Source: Candidatus Omnitrophota bacterium (GTDB lineage Bacteria > Omnitrophota > Gorgyraeia > Gygaellales > Profunditerraquicolaceae). Taken from it: DNA of 64,000 bases. Shown here piece after piece: positions 1 to 8,373 of the stretch. The notes beneath the pieces are model-generated. The model made no database searches, was not told the origin of the DNA, and saw only the letters and a program-made list of their open reading frames with translations. Numbering within the stretch: the first letter of the stretch is position 1; every line of letters starts with the position of its first letter. Location: contig JAQURC010000007.1 of NCBI GenBank assembly GCA_028715785.1, forward strand, positions 22,884 to 86,883, given 5' to 3'. A program made the translations under genes and the position numbers.

Positions 1-468
1 GGTGCCGCCCTGATGCATATTCAAATTTAAAGATTTACCGGCTGAATAAATGCCGGCGCTAAGCTGCGGGCATACCGGCTGGCTAAAAACAATATGGCTG
101 ACAATGCCCCGGTCAAAAAAACTCATTTTGCGGCCGGAATTTGTGCGGTCGACAAACTGGTCCACCACCACAAAATCCAAAGGTTTCATCTCTTCCTTCA
201 GGCTTCCGCAGGCAGTCACCGAAATAATCCTTTCCACGCCTAATTTTTTCATCGCGAAAATATTGGCCCGGTAATTTATCTGGCTGGGAGAGATACGGTG
301 CCCTACGCCATGGCGCGGCAAAAAAACCACCTCTTTATTTTCAAGCTTTCCGATTGTAAATTTATCCGAAGGCCGGCCAAAAGGGGTCTTGACCGCCGCC
401 CGTTTTACAACCTCTATCCCGTCGATTTTATATAAACCGCTTCCGCCGATAATTCCGATCCGTGACAT
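1..468 (-). CDS. mtnP: S-methyl-5'-thioadenosine phosphorylase (MTAP/purine nucleoside phosphorylase family), C-terminus runs off window edge
   Basis: Reverse-strand translation from the ATG at 466-468 gives MSRIGIIGGSGLYKIDGIEVVKRAAVKTPFGRPSDKFTIGKLENKEVVFLPRHGVGHRISPSQINYRANIFAMKKLGVERIISVTACGSL, a typical MTAP N-terminus. The ORF is open to position 1. Confidence 0.85.
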   Translation of the reverse strand, partial: MSRIGIIGGSGLYKIDGIEVVKRAAVKTPFGRPSDKFTIGKLENKEVVFLPRHGVGHRISPSQINYRANIFAMKKLGVERIISVTACGSLKEEMKPLDFVVVDQFVDRTNSGRKMSFFDRGIVSHIVFSQPVCPQLSAGIYSAGKSLNLNMHQGGT

Positions 469-470
469 AC

Positions 471-1322
471 TTACTCCTTTTTTGATAACTCCTGGGCGCG
501 CTTCTTGGCAGCCAGCGCTGCCTCAGGCCAGGAACCCCCATTAGTTATAACTTTAAGAGCCGCTTCGGTTGTTCCGGCGGGCGAAGTAATCATCTTGCGC
601 AGCTGAGCGGGAGAATTGCCTGTTTGCTCCAGAAGGCCAATGCTGGAAGCCGCCGTATCAATAGACAAATGCGCTGCGATTTCGGGCTCAAACCCCACCG
701 CAAGCGCAGCATCCGTTAACCTCCCGGCATATTCCTTCACAAGTTCTTTTGAAATCTTTGAAGGATCTATATTTTTAATCTCCAGATCATAAAAAATATA
801 CGCCGGCCCGCTGCCGGAAATAGCGGTAACAGAATCCATCATTTCTTCTTTTAATTCCCAGACCTTGCCCACGATTTTGAATATTTTTTTTGCCAAAGAC
901 AAATCTTTATTTTTTGCGTACCTTCCCCCGCATATACCTGTTTGGGCTTTCGCTATTTTTACCGCGATATTCGGCATAACCCTTATTACTCTGGCCTCTC
1001 CTAAAACTTTTTCAATATAACCCGTAGTAATACCGGCGGCAATGCTGATAATTAACTTATCCTGTATAAAATTTTTGATTTCATTGAGCAGGGTATCGAA
1101 ATCCTGCGGCTTGACTGCCAGAATAATAATTTCGGATTGCCTGGCCAGCTCGACCGGATTATCGGCAGCGGCTATATCCTTTAAGGCATTGATTTTGTTT
1201 TTGTCTTTATCAAAAACACAGACGGCATATTTATTTTTTATGCCCTCGGCAATTGCAGAGCCCATATTTCCAAATCCAATAATCCCGATTTTTTTTCTCA
1301 AGAAATTAAACATTGTCTTCAA
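471..1322 (-). CDS. proC: pyrroline-5-carboxylate reductase
   Basis: 283 aa with the NADP-binding GxGxxG motif (IGIIGFGNMGSAIAEG) and a P5CR dimerisation-domain C-terminus. Confidence 0.9.
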   Translation of the reverse strand: MKTMFNFLRKKIGIIGFGNMGSAIAEGIKNKYAVCVFDKDKNKINALKDIAAADNPVELARQSEIIILAVKPQDFDTLLNEIKNFIQDKLIISIAAGITTGYIEKVLGEARVIRVMPNIAVKIAKAQTGICGGRYAKNKDLSLAKKIFKIVGKVWELKEEMMDSVTAISGSGPAYIFYDLEIKNIDPSKISKELVKEYAGRLTDAALAVGFEPEIAAHLSIDTAASSIGLLEQTGNSPAQLRKMITSPAGTTEAALKVITNGGSWPEAALAAKKRAQELSKKE

Positions 1323-1965
1323 ATATTGCCCTGCCCAACCTTATGATATCGGCGCCCTCTTCAATAGCCGCCAGAAAATCATCGCTCATCCCCATCGAAA
1401 GCAGCCAGGCGGGATTTAATTTATCGCGTAATTGCCTAAGCTCTGCGAAATATGGACGTGCTTCTTCGGCATTACTTACAAGCGGGGCAATAGTCATTAA
1501 TCCTTTAATTTTTATATTCCTCAACTTGGTAATTTCCGCGCAAGCAACGTTTAAGGCTTGCGAAGAAAACCCGAATTTTGCGGCTTCGGGGGAAGTTTTG
1601 ACCTCAAGGAACACATCCTGAATTTTATTTATCCTGGCTGCCTGCTTATCAATCGCTTGGACTAAACTGATGGAATCAACAGAATGGATAAAATCAAATA
1701 TTTTTACGGCCTCTTTTACCTTATTTGACTGCAAGTGCCCGATCATATGCCAAGTCAGTCCGGAAAACTGCTTATATTTTTCCATGGCCTCCTGCACCCT
1801 GTTTTCGCCGATATCTTTCAGGCCGTAGCTTGCTGCTTCTTGAATTTGGATAACCGTCCTGCCTTTGGTTACGCAAACTATGGTAATTTTACCGGGATCA
1901 GCCTTAATCTTTACGCAAGCCTGCCCGATACGCCGCCTGACTCTCTCGATATTCTCTTTTATCAT
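1306..1965 (-). CDS. yggS: YggS/PLPBP family pyridoxal-phosphate homeostasis protein (alanine-racemase-fold)
   Basis: 219 aa, VCVTKGRTVIQIQEA...IGHLQSNKVKEA...LMTIAPL, characteristic of the YggS family. Overlaps proC by 17 nt. Confidence 0.85.
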   Translation of the reverse strand: MIKENIERVRRRIGQACVKIKADPGKITIVCVTKGRTVIQIQEAASYGLKDIGENRVQEAMEKYKQFSGLTWHMIGHLQSNKVKEAVKIFDFIHSVDSISLVQAIDKQAARINKIQDVFLEVKTSPEAAKFGFSSQALNVACAEITKLRNIKIKGLMTIAPLVSNAEEARPYFAELRQLRDKLNPAWLLSMGMSDDFLAAIEEGADIIRLGRAIFEDNV

Positions 1966-2217
1966 AGATTAGATTAATATATTATACACAATAACCTAGG
2001 AGGGTCAATTAAAACAAAATGGATAGCGGGTCCTTCCTTAAGCGTCTGCCTTGCCTTGTTTTCTCGCAGGGACGCTTGTTTGCCCCTGCGCGGCAAACTG
2101 CGCTCGGGTTTCGGCCTCGCTCTGCCGGAGCATTTATTGTGGGCAGCCGTGCCCGCTCGGCCTGCAAACGCCCTGCTCGAAATCAAGCCAAGCCATCCGC
2201 TGATAATATATATAGAT

Positions 2218-2432
2218 GACCCTGCCAAGTTTCGCAGCGAATGTCGATTTTAGCCAATGGAGCTTGAGTATTCCGGGTATCCCGGTGGAGCAAAGCGACA
2301 ACACCGGGATGGCGAAGCTGTCTGAGGCCGTCTCCGCTAGAGCGGGACGGCCGAGTTCTGCAGCCACCGGAATACGAAAGATCATTGGCGTTAAAAAATC
2401 AACCTGAGCGAGAAACTTGGCAGGGTCATTTA
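2218..2432. ncRNA. Unclassified structured RNA, copy 1 (paralog of 27345-27559)
   Basis: A 16-bp terminal helix GACCCUGCCAAGUUUC/GAAACUUGGCAGGGUC encloses a series of internal helices: GUCGAUUUU/AAAAUCAAC, GCCAAUG/CAUUGGC, GUAUUCCGG/CCGGAAUAC, and hairpins CCCGGUG-14nt-CACCGGG and GGCCGUCUCCGC-UAGA-GCGGGACGGCC. All are maintained by compensatory substitutions in copy 2. GC-rich relative to flanks, with no ORF. Orientation is ambiguous: each strand gets one G.U wobble and one mismatch. Confidence 0.65.
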
Positions 2433-2441
2433 TGGGAAAAA

Positions 2442-3698
2442 TTAGAAATATTCCTGGTAAACTTCCTTGAAGCGGTTTATCGCTTTGAAAAATAAATTTT
2501 TGGCAGGCTTGACTAAAGGCGAACTCCCTACGGTCTTATTTTCTAAATCTTCACAGACCATTCCCAGGCAGGTCAGGTAAGTCAGGTATTTTTGCCCGGC
2601 TAAATCATTATTTTCCTTGACTAACGCGGCGATCTCCGGATTTTTAATCCGGCCGATCTTAACCGGAATACCCATTAAACTCTCCGTCATCTCGATGAAC
2701 CCATCGGTCAAGAGCGTTTTGCCGGCCATGACAAAATGATCAATTTCATGCAAAGCCACCTTTTTCTCTATGGCATCCTTAATCTGCGCGCAGATCAGGC
2801 GGCCGGAATTGGTGGTCATTAAAGCCACATCGCGTTGTTTCAGGGGTTTATAGAATTCATCTTTCTTGACCAAGATTTCCTTATTTTCCGCAATACTGCC
2901 GGCATCGCCGATAACTCCGTAAGAACGCTTGATATCTTCTGCCAGCTCAAAATTAATTTTTAATCCTTCCGAGAGCTGGGCTGTCATACTGTTGCCGCCT
3001 AAAGATAGGATCTGGATATCCTGCAGGAGCCCGTCTTTAAATATAAGCAGTTCCGTAACATCGCTGCCACAATCGCAAAATACGCTCAACCCTTTTTTTT
3101 CTTCCCTGCCAAACACTGCCTTGCTGGTAGCCAGCCCCGAAAAAGAAAGGTCCCTGATCTCATAACCGACCTGGCTGATAACCCGGCTTAAGCTCTGCAA
3201 GGAAGAGATCCTGGCGCAGACCAGATACAGGTCCACTTCCAGCCTGTGGCTGTATAAACCGATAGGATTAATAACATTGCTTTTGGAATCAATGGTGTAG
3301 CTTGACGGGATCACATGGATTATTTCCTCTTCCAAGCTGGAGCCAAGGATGCGCGCCTGTTCATTAGCGCTGGCTATATCGGTGGAGGTGATCACCTTAT
3401 TGCCGCGTTCGGCAAGCGGGATGATCGCGTGGCTGTGTTTGGTTAAGATATCCTTTCCGGAAAAATTAGCATGGACATACTTAATCCTCAATCCGGATCT
3501 GGTTTTCAGGCTCTTAATAATTTTTGTCAGGCAAACCACTAATTGCGTCGCATCGACAATCACCCCTTCTTTAACGCCGGAGGATGGCATAACATCAAGA
3601 AAAATATTCTCTATCCGGTTTTTCCTTATCTTTGCCAGGCAGCCTGCGATTTTATTCGAACCTATGTCTATTGCGCAAATATAATTATTATTTAACAT
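2442..3698 (-). CDS. ftsA: cell division protein FtsA (actin-like ATPase)
   Basis: 418 aa with an N-terminal ICAIDIGSNKIAGCLA phosphate-1 motif and SHS2 insert, the last gene of the dcw cluster. Confidence 0.9.
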   Translation of the reverse strand: MLNNNYICAIDIGSNKIAGCLAKIRKNRIENIFLDVMPSSGVKEGVIVDATQLVVCLTKIIKSLKTRSGLRIKYVHANFSGKDILTKHSHAIIPLAERGNKVITSTDIASANEQARILGSSLEEEIIHVIPSSYTIDSKSNVINPIGLYSHRLEVDLYLVCARISSLQSLSRVISQVGYEIRDLSFSGLATSKAVFGREEKKGLSVFCDCGSDVTELLIFKDGLLQDIQILSLGGNSMTAQLSEGLKINFELAEDIKRSYGVIGDAGSIAENKEILVKKDEFYKPLKQRDVALMTTNSGRLICAQIKDAIEKKVALHEIDHFVMAGKTLLTDGFIEMTESLMGIPVKIGRIKNPEIAALVKENNDLAGQKYLTYLTCLGMVCEDLENKTVGSSPLVKPAKNLFFKAINRFKEVYQEYF

Positions 3699-4476
3699 TG
3701 TTGAGCTTGATCACCGGCTCCTTAAACCTAAGGTCAATATATTTTATATTGCCCCACTCCTTACGCGCCTGGAGAATCAGGCCGCCTAAGATTATCATTT
3801 TTTGCCTGATATTACTTTGCCCTGTGCGCACCTCAAAACCCGCCCACTCTGTTTGGGCAACGGGTTTTGTATAATCGGCCGGCTGTTTGGGCAGAAGAAT
3901 GAAAAAACCCGCGCTCTCCGGGTCCGCCACATCAATTCTTTTCAAGGTAAAACCCTGAAAAGTTTTATTGGCTTTAAATTCCTTAATTATGCTTAAAGCC
4001 AGATCAATTTCAGCCCTTCTGTATCTTGTTCCCGGCTTGGGGGCAAATATCTTTGTTTCCAAGCCATAGACTACCGGCAGAGCCGCCTCCTCAATAGCCG
4101 CATTTGGATAGAACAACACCCCCTGCTCATCTATGGCAAAATCTTTATAGAATTTAACCAGGGCAAGAGGCTGGCGTTTCAGGAAATCCACAAATACGCA
4201 GTTGGGAAGTATCCGGGCAAGCCTGACCTTGCGGCAATCCGGGCAGCTTAAAATAGCCCTGCGGGATTCACCGTTTAAATCCAGGCTAAAAATATTCCTG
4301 CCTTTCAAATAATCAAACGACCTGTCGGAATTCCTCACGACAACCCGGCTAACGGCAAAGAAATCCGAACGCGTTAAAACCCTCCAAATATATCCTATTA
4401 TAAAAGAGAAGGCAAGTAAAATTATTGCCGTAAATAAAATAATCTTTACCGGAAAATTAAACCTTTGCTTTTTCAT
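3688..4476 (-). CDS. ftsQ: cell division protein FtsQ/DivIB (POTRA domain)
   Basis: 262 aa with a single N-terminal TM segment followed by a POTRA-like domain. Sits between ddl and ftsA as in canonical dcw clusters. Confidence 0.8.
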   Translation of the reverse strand: MKKQRFNFPVKIILFTAIILLAFSFIIGYIWRVLTRSDFFAVSRVVVRNSDRSFDYLKGRNIFSLDLNGESRRAILSCPDCRKVRLARILPNCVFVDFLKRQPLALVKFYKDFAIDEQGVLFYPNAAIEEAALPVVYGLETKIFAPKPGTRYRRAEIDLALSIIKEFKANKTFQGFTLKRIDVADPESAGFFILLPKQPADYTKPVAQTEWAGFEVRTGQSNIRQKMIILGGLILQARKEWGNIKYIDLRFKEPVIKLNNVK

Positions 4477-5401
4477 AACCTAATTCCAGCAGCTTAAGAC
4501 AGAGCCGGTTAAAATCTATGCCGATGATTTTGGCAGCCTTGGGCAAGAGGCTGGTTGCGGTCATCCCCGGTATGGTATTGACCTCCAGGACATAAGGCAA
4601 ACCGTCTTTACTCAATATGATATCCGTGCGCGAGCAGCCAAAACACCCCAGGAGCTTATGCGCCGCTAAAGCTGTTTGCTGGACTTTTTTAGCAAGGCCC
4701 TCCTCTAAATGAGCAGGGATAATATAATCCGTTAATCCCGCCTGGTATTTAGCTTCGAAATCAAAAAATTTATTTTTGGGGATAATTTCGATTACCGGCA
4801 AAGCCATCTCATCCAAAACCCCCACCGTCAACTCCCTTCCAAATATGTATTCTTCGATAATTATGCGTTCGTCAAACTGAAAAGCCAGTTCGATAGCCGC
4901 GGATATCCCTTTATCAGCCTCCACAAGCGAAAGCCCGATACTTGAACCGTGATTAGCCGGCTTGATTACCAAAGGCAGCCCGAGGTCATTTTCATAAATC
5001 CTGTTTTTCCCATAGGCTGATTTCTCTAAAAAATGGGATTTAGGCACGCACAACCCTGCGTCTTTGAATTTCTTTAGCGAACTGATCTTGTCCATAGCCA
5101 GCCGGCTGGCCGCGACTCCGGAAGCGGTATAAGGCAAATTCATTTTTTCCAGGATATCCTGGATTGAACCGTCTTCTCCAAAACGGCCGTGCAAAGCAAT
5201 GAATACGGAATTTAAATTATGGCTTTGAAGCCGCCGGATATTCTCTTGCGCATTATCAGTGGTTATATCAATACCTACCGCATCTACCCCCAATTCAAGC
5301 AGCGCGGATAATACGGCCTTGCCGCTTTTCAAAGAAATCCCCCTCTCGGAAGAAGGCCCGCCCATTAAAACCCCGACCCTGCCAAAATCCTTTATCTCCA
5401 T
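4457..5401 (-). CDS. ddl: D-alanine--D-alanine ligase
   Basis: 314 aa with an ATP-grasp fold (GVLMGGPSSERGISLKSG, EVNTIPGMT). Confidence 0.9.
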   Translation of the reverse strand: MEIKDFGRVGVLMGGPSSERGISLKSGKAVLSALLELGVDAVGIDITTDNAQENIRRLQSHNLNSVFIALHGRFGEDGSIQDILEKMNLPYTASGVAASRLAMDKISSLKKFKDAGLCVPKSHFLEKSAYGKNRIYENDLGLPLVIKPANHGSSIGLSLVEADKGISAAIELAFQFDERIIIEEYIFGRELTVGVLDEMALPVIEIIPKNKFFDFEAKYQAGLTDYIIPAHLEEGLAKKVQQTALAAHKLLGCFGCSRTDIILSKDGLPYVLEVNTIPGMTATSLLPKAAKIIGIDFNRLCLKLLELGYEKAKV

Positions 5402-6273
5402 ATTTTTATCTCTGGCTGCAAATTAATTTTAAATCTCTCTTTTACTTTTCTGCGCATTAAATCCATAAGCGACAAAACATCGCCGCTCTTTGCTTTACCT
5501 AAGTTTAGAATAAAATTTGCATGGACCCTGGAAATCAAGGCTGCGCCTTTTGTTTTCCCCTTTAATCCGCAGGCATCAATAAGTGAGCCAGCCGGAGATT
5601 TAGCCGGATTCTTAAAAACACACCCGGCATTAGGCAGGCTGCTGCCCTGAGTTTTGCTGCGCTTCAAAAGATATTCTTTGATTTTAAAAGCGATCCTCTC
5701 TTTATCCGCGGGATGTAATTTAAGTTTCGCCGAAAGAATAATATATTTATTTAAATTGGATTTCCGGTAAGCAAACTTTAATTTCCTGCCGGCCAAAAGC
5801 TTCTGCCTGCCGTTATAATCCAAAACGGATACTTCCTTGACTTGCTCCCCTATTGACTTGCCCCAGGCGCCGGCATTACCGGCCAATGATCCTCCCAGGG
5901 TCCCGGGGACTCCGGCAAGAAACTCTAAACCGGACAGGCCTTTATCTTTAGCAAATAAAATCAACTGATTTAATTTTAAGCCGCTTCCGGCTGTTATGCA
6001 AGTACCTTTATTGTCCAGACCTTTAAAATCCCGGCCGCTTAACTTAATTACCATCCCATCTATCCCGGAATCGCTGGCTAAAATATTACTGCCGGCTCCC
6101 AATATGAAAACTTTCACTTTCGCCTTCCTGGCACAGGCCAAGGCCTCTTGCAAACTTTTAAGGTCCCTTGGCTCAAAGAAGAACCTCGCCCTGCCGCCGA
6201 TCTTAAAACTCGTAAGATCGGCCAGCTTTATTCCGGTTTTTATTTCTTTATTTAAGTTTTTCGGCCAGAGCAT
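5392..6273 (-). CDS. murB: UDP-N-acetylenolpyruvoylglucosamine reductase
   Basis: 293 aa with an FAD-binding PCMH domain (KIGGRARFFFEP...ILGAGSNIL). Confidence 0.9.
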   Translation of the reverse strand: MLWPKNLNKEIKTGIKLADLTSFKIGGRARFFFEPRDLKSLQEALACARKAKVKVFILGAGSNILASDSGIDGMVIKLSGRDFKGLDNKGTCITAGSGLKLNQLILFAKDKGLSGLEFLAGVPGTLGGSLAGNAGAWGKSIGEQVKEVSVLDYNGRQKLLAGRKLKFAYRKSNLNKYIILSAKLKLHPADKERIAFKIKEYLLKRSKTQGSSLPNAGCVFKNPAKSPAGSLIDACGLKGKTKGAALISRVHANFILNLGKAKSGDVLSLMDLMRRKVKERFKINLQPEIKIWR

Positions 6274-7606
6274 CGGAAACCTTTACAATATCTCCTGCGC
6301 CTAGAGTAATCACCAGGTCATTCTCGCAGATAATCCCTAAAACATGCTCAAGGATATCCTCTTTAGGCAAATACAGGACTTCTTTATCTTTAGCGTGTTC
6401 CTTTATTTTTTCCATTAATTTCCGGGCGGCCACACCCTCTATGGGCTCTTCGCTTGCCGCGTAAATATCCGTAATAATCAGGTAATCCGACTGGTCAAAA
6501 GACTTGGCAAAATCATCTAAGAGCAGCTGCGTGCGGGTATAACGATGCGGCTGGAAGATAACAATCAAGCGCCCGGCTTTTAAATTAGCGATTGCCGCCA
6601 AAGTAGCTTTTATTTCCGAAGGATGATGGGCATAATCATCGATCACCAGGTATTTGTCACTCTTAAATTTTATCTCTAACCTGCGGCCGGCCCCTTTATA
6701 GCCTTCCAGGGTCCTGCGGATACAATCCAGATCAATACCCAGCTCCATGCCTAAGCCAATTACCGCCAAAGAATTTGAAATATTATGTTTGCCCCCCAGG
6801 GCCAGGTGGAAACGGCAGACAAATTTATGTTTAAAATAACAATCGAAATCCGAAACTAAACCGCTAAATGAAATATTCCTGGCGTTTATATCGGCGTTGC
6901 TATTTAAACCAAAAGACAGATGCCTGCCTTTATAGATGCTCATCATATTTAAAAGATTAGGGTCATCGGAACAGGTAAAAACACAGCCCCCTTTTTGAGT
7001 GCGCCCTATAAAAGAGTTAAAGGCCTCCAATTCATTATCGAAATTATGGTAATAATCCAAATGCTCCCGGTCGATATTGGTAATAATCGAATATTTAGGC
7101 GCATAATTTAAGAATGAACCGTCGGATTCATCGGCTTCGGCGACAAAAAAATCGCCATCCCCCAGGCAGGCATTGGTATCAATATTATTAAGTATCCCTC
7201 CGATAGCTACCGTGGGGTTTAACCCGGCCTCAAGCAGCATATAAGAAACCAATGAAGTAGTGGTAGTTTTACCGTGGCTGCCGGCAACGGTTATGGCGGT
7301 CTTGCCCTGCATCAGGCCGGCTAATGCCTCTGCCCTTTTAATCAGAGGCATTCCTAAAGCTTTGGCCCGCAGTATTTCGGGGTTATCCGCACCGATCGCC
7401 GAAGAATAAACCAGCACATCCTGGCCGGTAATATTTGAGGCGTTGTGGCCGATGGATATCTTGGCTCCCAGGCCTTTAAGCTCATCGGTAATATGGTTCT
7501 CCTTTAAGTCTGAACCGCTTACCTTAAAACCGCTTTTAAGCATTAGACGGGCGATCCCGCTCATCCCTATTCCGCCGATTCCGATAAAATGATAATATTT
7601 TTTCAT
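6248..7606 (-). CDS. murC: UDP-N-acetylmuramate--L-alanine ligase
   Basis: 452 aa with a Mur ligase N-terminus (HFIGIGGIGMSGIARLM) and the GSHGKTTTTS P-loop. Confidence 0.92.
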   Translation of the reverse strand: MKKYYHFIGIGGIGMSGIARLMLKSGFKVSGSDLKENHITDELKGLGAKISIGHNASNITGQDVLVYSSAIGADNPEILRAKALGMPLIKRAEALAGLMQGKTAITVAGSHGKTTTTSLVSYMLLEAGLNPTVAIGGILNNIDTNACLGDGDFFVAEADESDGSFLNYAPKYSIITNIDREHLDYYHNFDNELEAFNSFIGRTQKGGCVFTCSDDPNLLNMMSIYKGRHLSFGLNSNADINARNISFSGLVSDFDCYFKHKFVCRFHLALGGKHNISNSLAVIGLGMELGIDLDCIRRTLEGYKGAGRRLEIKFKSDKYLVIDDYAHHPSEIKATLAAIANLKAGRLIVIFQPHRYTRTQLLLDDFAKSFDQSDYLIITDIYAASEEPIEGVAARKLMEKIKEHAKDKEVLYLPKEDILEHVLGIICENDLVITLGAGDIVKVSDALAEKLK

Positions 7607-8373
7607 TCTAAAATATATGTCTTCCAGGCGTTTTCAAAATCTTCCATACCGGCAAAAGAATATGCCTTTGATAAAGCTCTGGCTAAATTTTTATCGTCCC
7701 GCAGGCTCTGGCAGAAAAATACGAACCTGTCTCTGCCAAACTCTGAAATTAAATACTTTACCAGGCTATACGATTCCGCATAAAATAATTCTACCTTTGC
7801 CCTGTCTCTTGAACCGGACACCTCTGTCCGGCTTAACTCATCCAGGCTAATGAAATTACCCTGCCTTAGCTTATTGGCCAGATACGCCTTTACCGAAGAA
7901 ATATCCCTCTGCTGATAGCCGGCGACTCCTTCCTGGAGCCAAAGGGGGACGGCTGGATTATTAAAACCCACCATCTCGTTAAAAATAATATGCGCCAATT
8001 CATGCGGAAGGATATTATCCAAAAATCCCGGGGCGGTTTGAAAAGTCATAATTGTCTTGCTGGCGACATTTGCCTCTCCTGCCGACCAGTCCGCGGCATG
8101 GGTTTCTTTTTTGTATTCCTCATGGTTATTAAAGAGATAAATTTTTGCCCGGTTATCCCAGGTCCAAAAATTAAAACGGTTAAAGCCTAAATCCTCAGTA
8201 ATACTATTATAACAGTTCTCGGCTTTTTGAGCCAACTCATTGAGTGAATTTTCCGAGGCATCTTTATAAAAAACCACAAAATGCGTGCTTTTAAATACCT
8301 GCCAACCCTGGCCATCCGCAAAGACAGCCAATGGAAGCAACAAGAATATAAAGAATAATTTAAATCGGCGCAT
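7603..8373 (-). CDS. secreted HExxH zinc metallopeptidase-like protein (gluzincin/Peptidase_MA-like), embedded in the dcw cluster
   Basis: 256 aa with an N-terminal signal peptide (MRRFKLFFIFLLLPLAVFA). A HELAHIIF motif is followed 24 aa later by LWLQEGVAGY, giving an HExxH...E arrangement. The start overlaps the murG stop and the stop overlaps the murC start. Confidence 0.6.
   Translation of the reverse strand: MRRFKLFFIFLLLPLAVFADGQGWQVFKSTHFVVFYKDASENSLNELAQKAENCYNSITEDLGFNRFNFWTWDNRAKIYLFNNHEEYKKETHAADWSAGEANVASKTIMTFQTAPGFLDNILPHELAHIIFNEMVGFNNPAVPLWLQEGVAGYQQRDISSVKAYLANKLRQGNFISLDELSRTEVSGSRDRAKVELFYAESYSLVKYLISEFGRDRFVFFCQSLRDDKNLARALSKAYSFAGMEDFENAWKTYILE

Noticed and set aside
2019-2253. 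Small Arg-rich plus-strand ORFs (66 and 65 aa) in the GC-rich stretch between yggS and the structured RNA
   Set aside because: Their composition is extreme (R, A and P rich), they overlap each other in different frames, and the RBS is weak. The region is more likely a non-coding leader or structured sequence. The origin of its GC richness is unexplained.
2218-2432. Interpretation of the two ~215-bp elements as MITE or REP-type selfish repeats, because they have terminal inverted repeats and sit in intergenic regions
   Set aside because: The copies are only about 70% identical. Their differences are overwhelmingly compensatory within helices, whereas loops and junctions are conserved. That pattern is the signature of RNA-level selection, not recent transposition.
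2218-2432. Assignment to RNase P RNA, tmRNA, SRP RNA or 6S RNA
   Set aside because: It is too short for RNase P and has no P4 consensus. It has no tRNA-like 3' end or tag ORF, and no SRP domain-IV GGAA/AGCAGCC arrangement. Its interior is multi-branched rather than the closing-stem/bubble/terminal-stem layout of 6S RNA.
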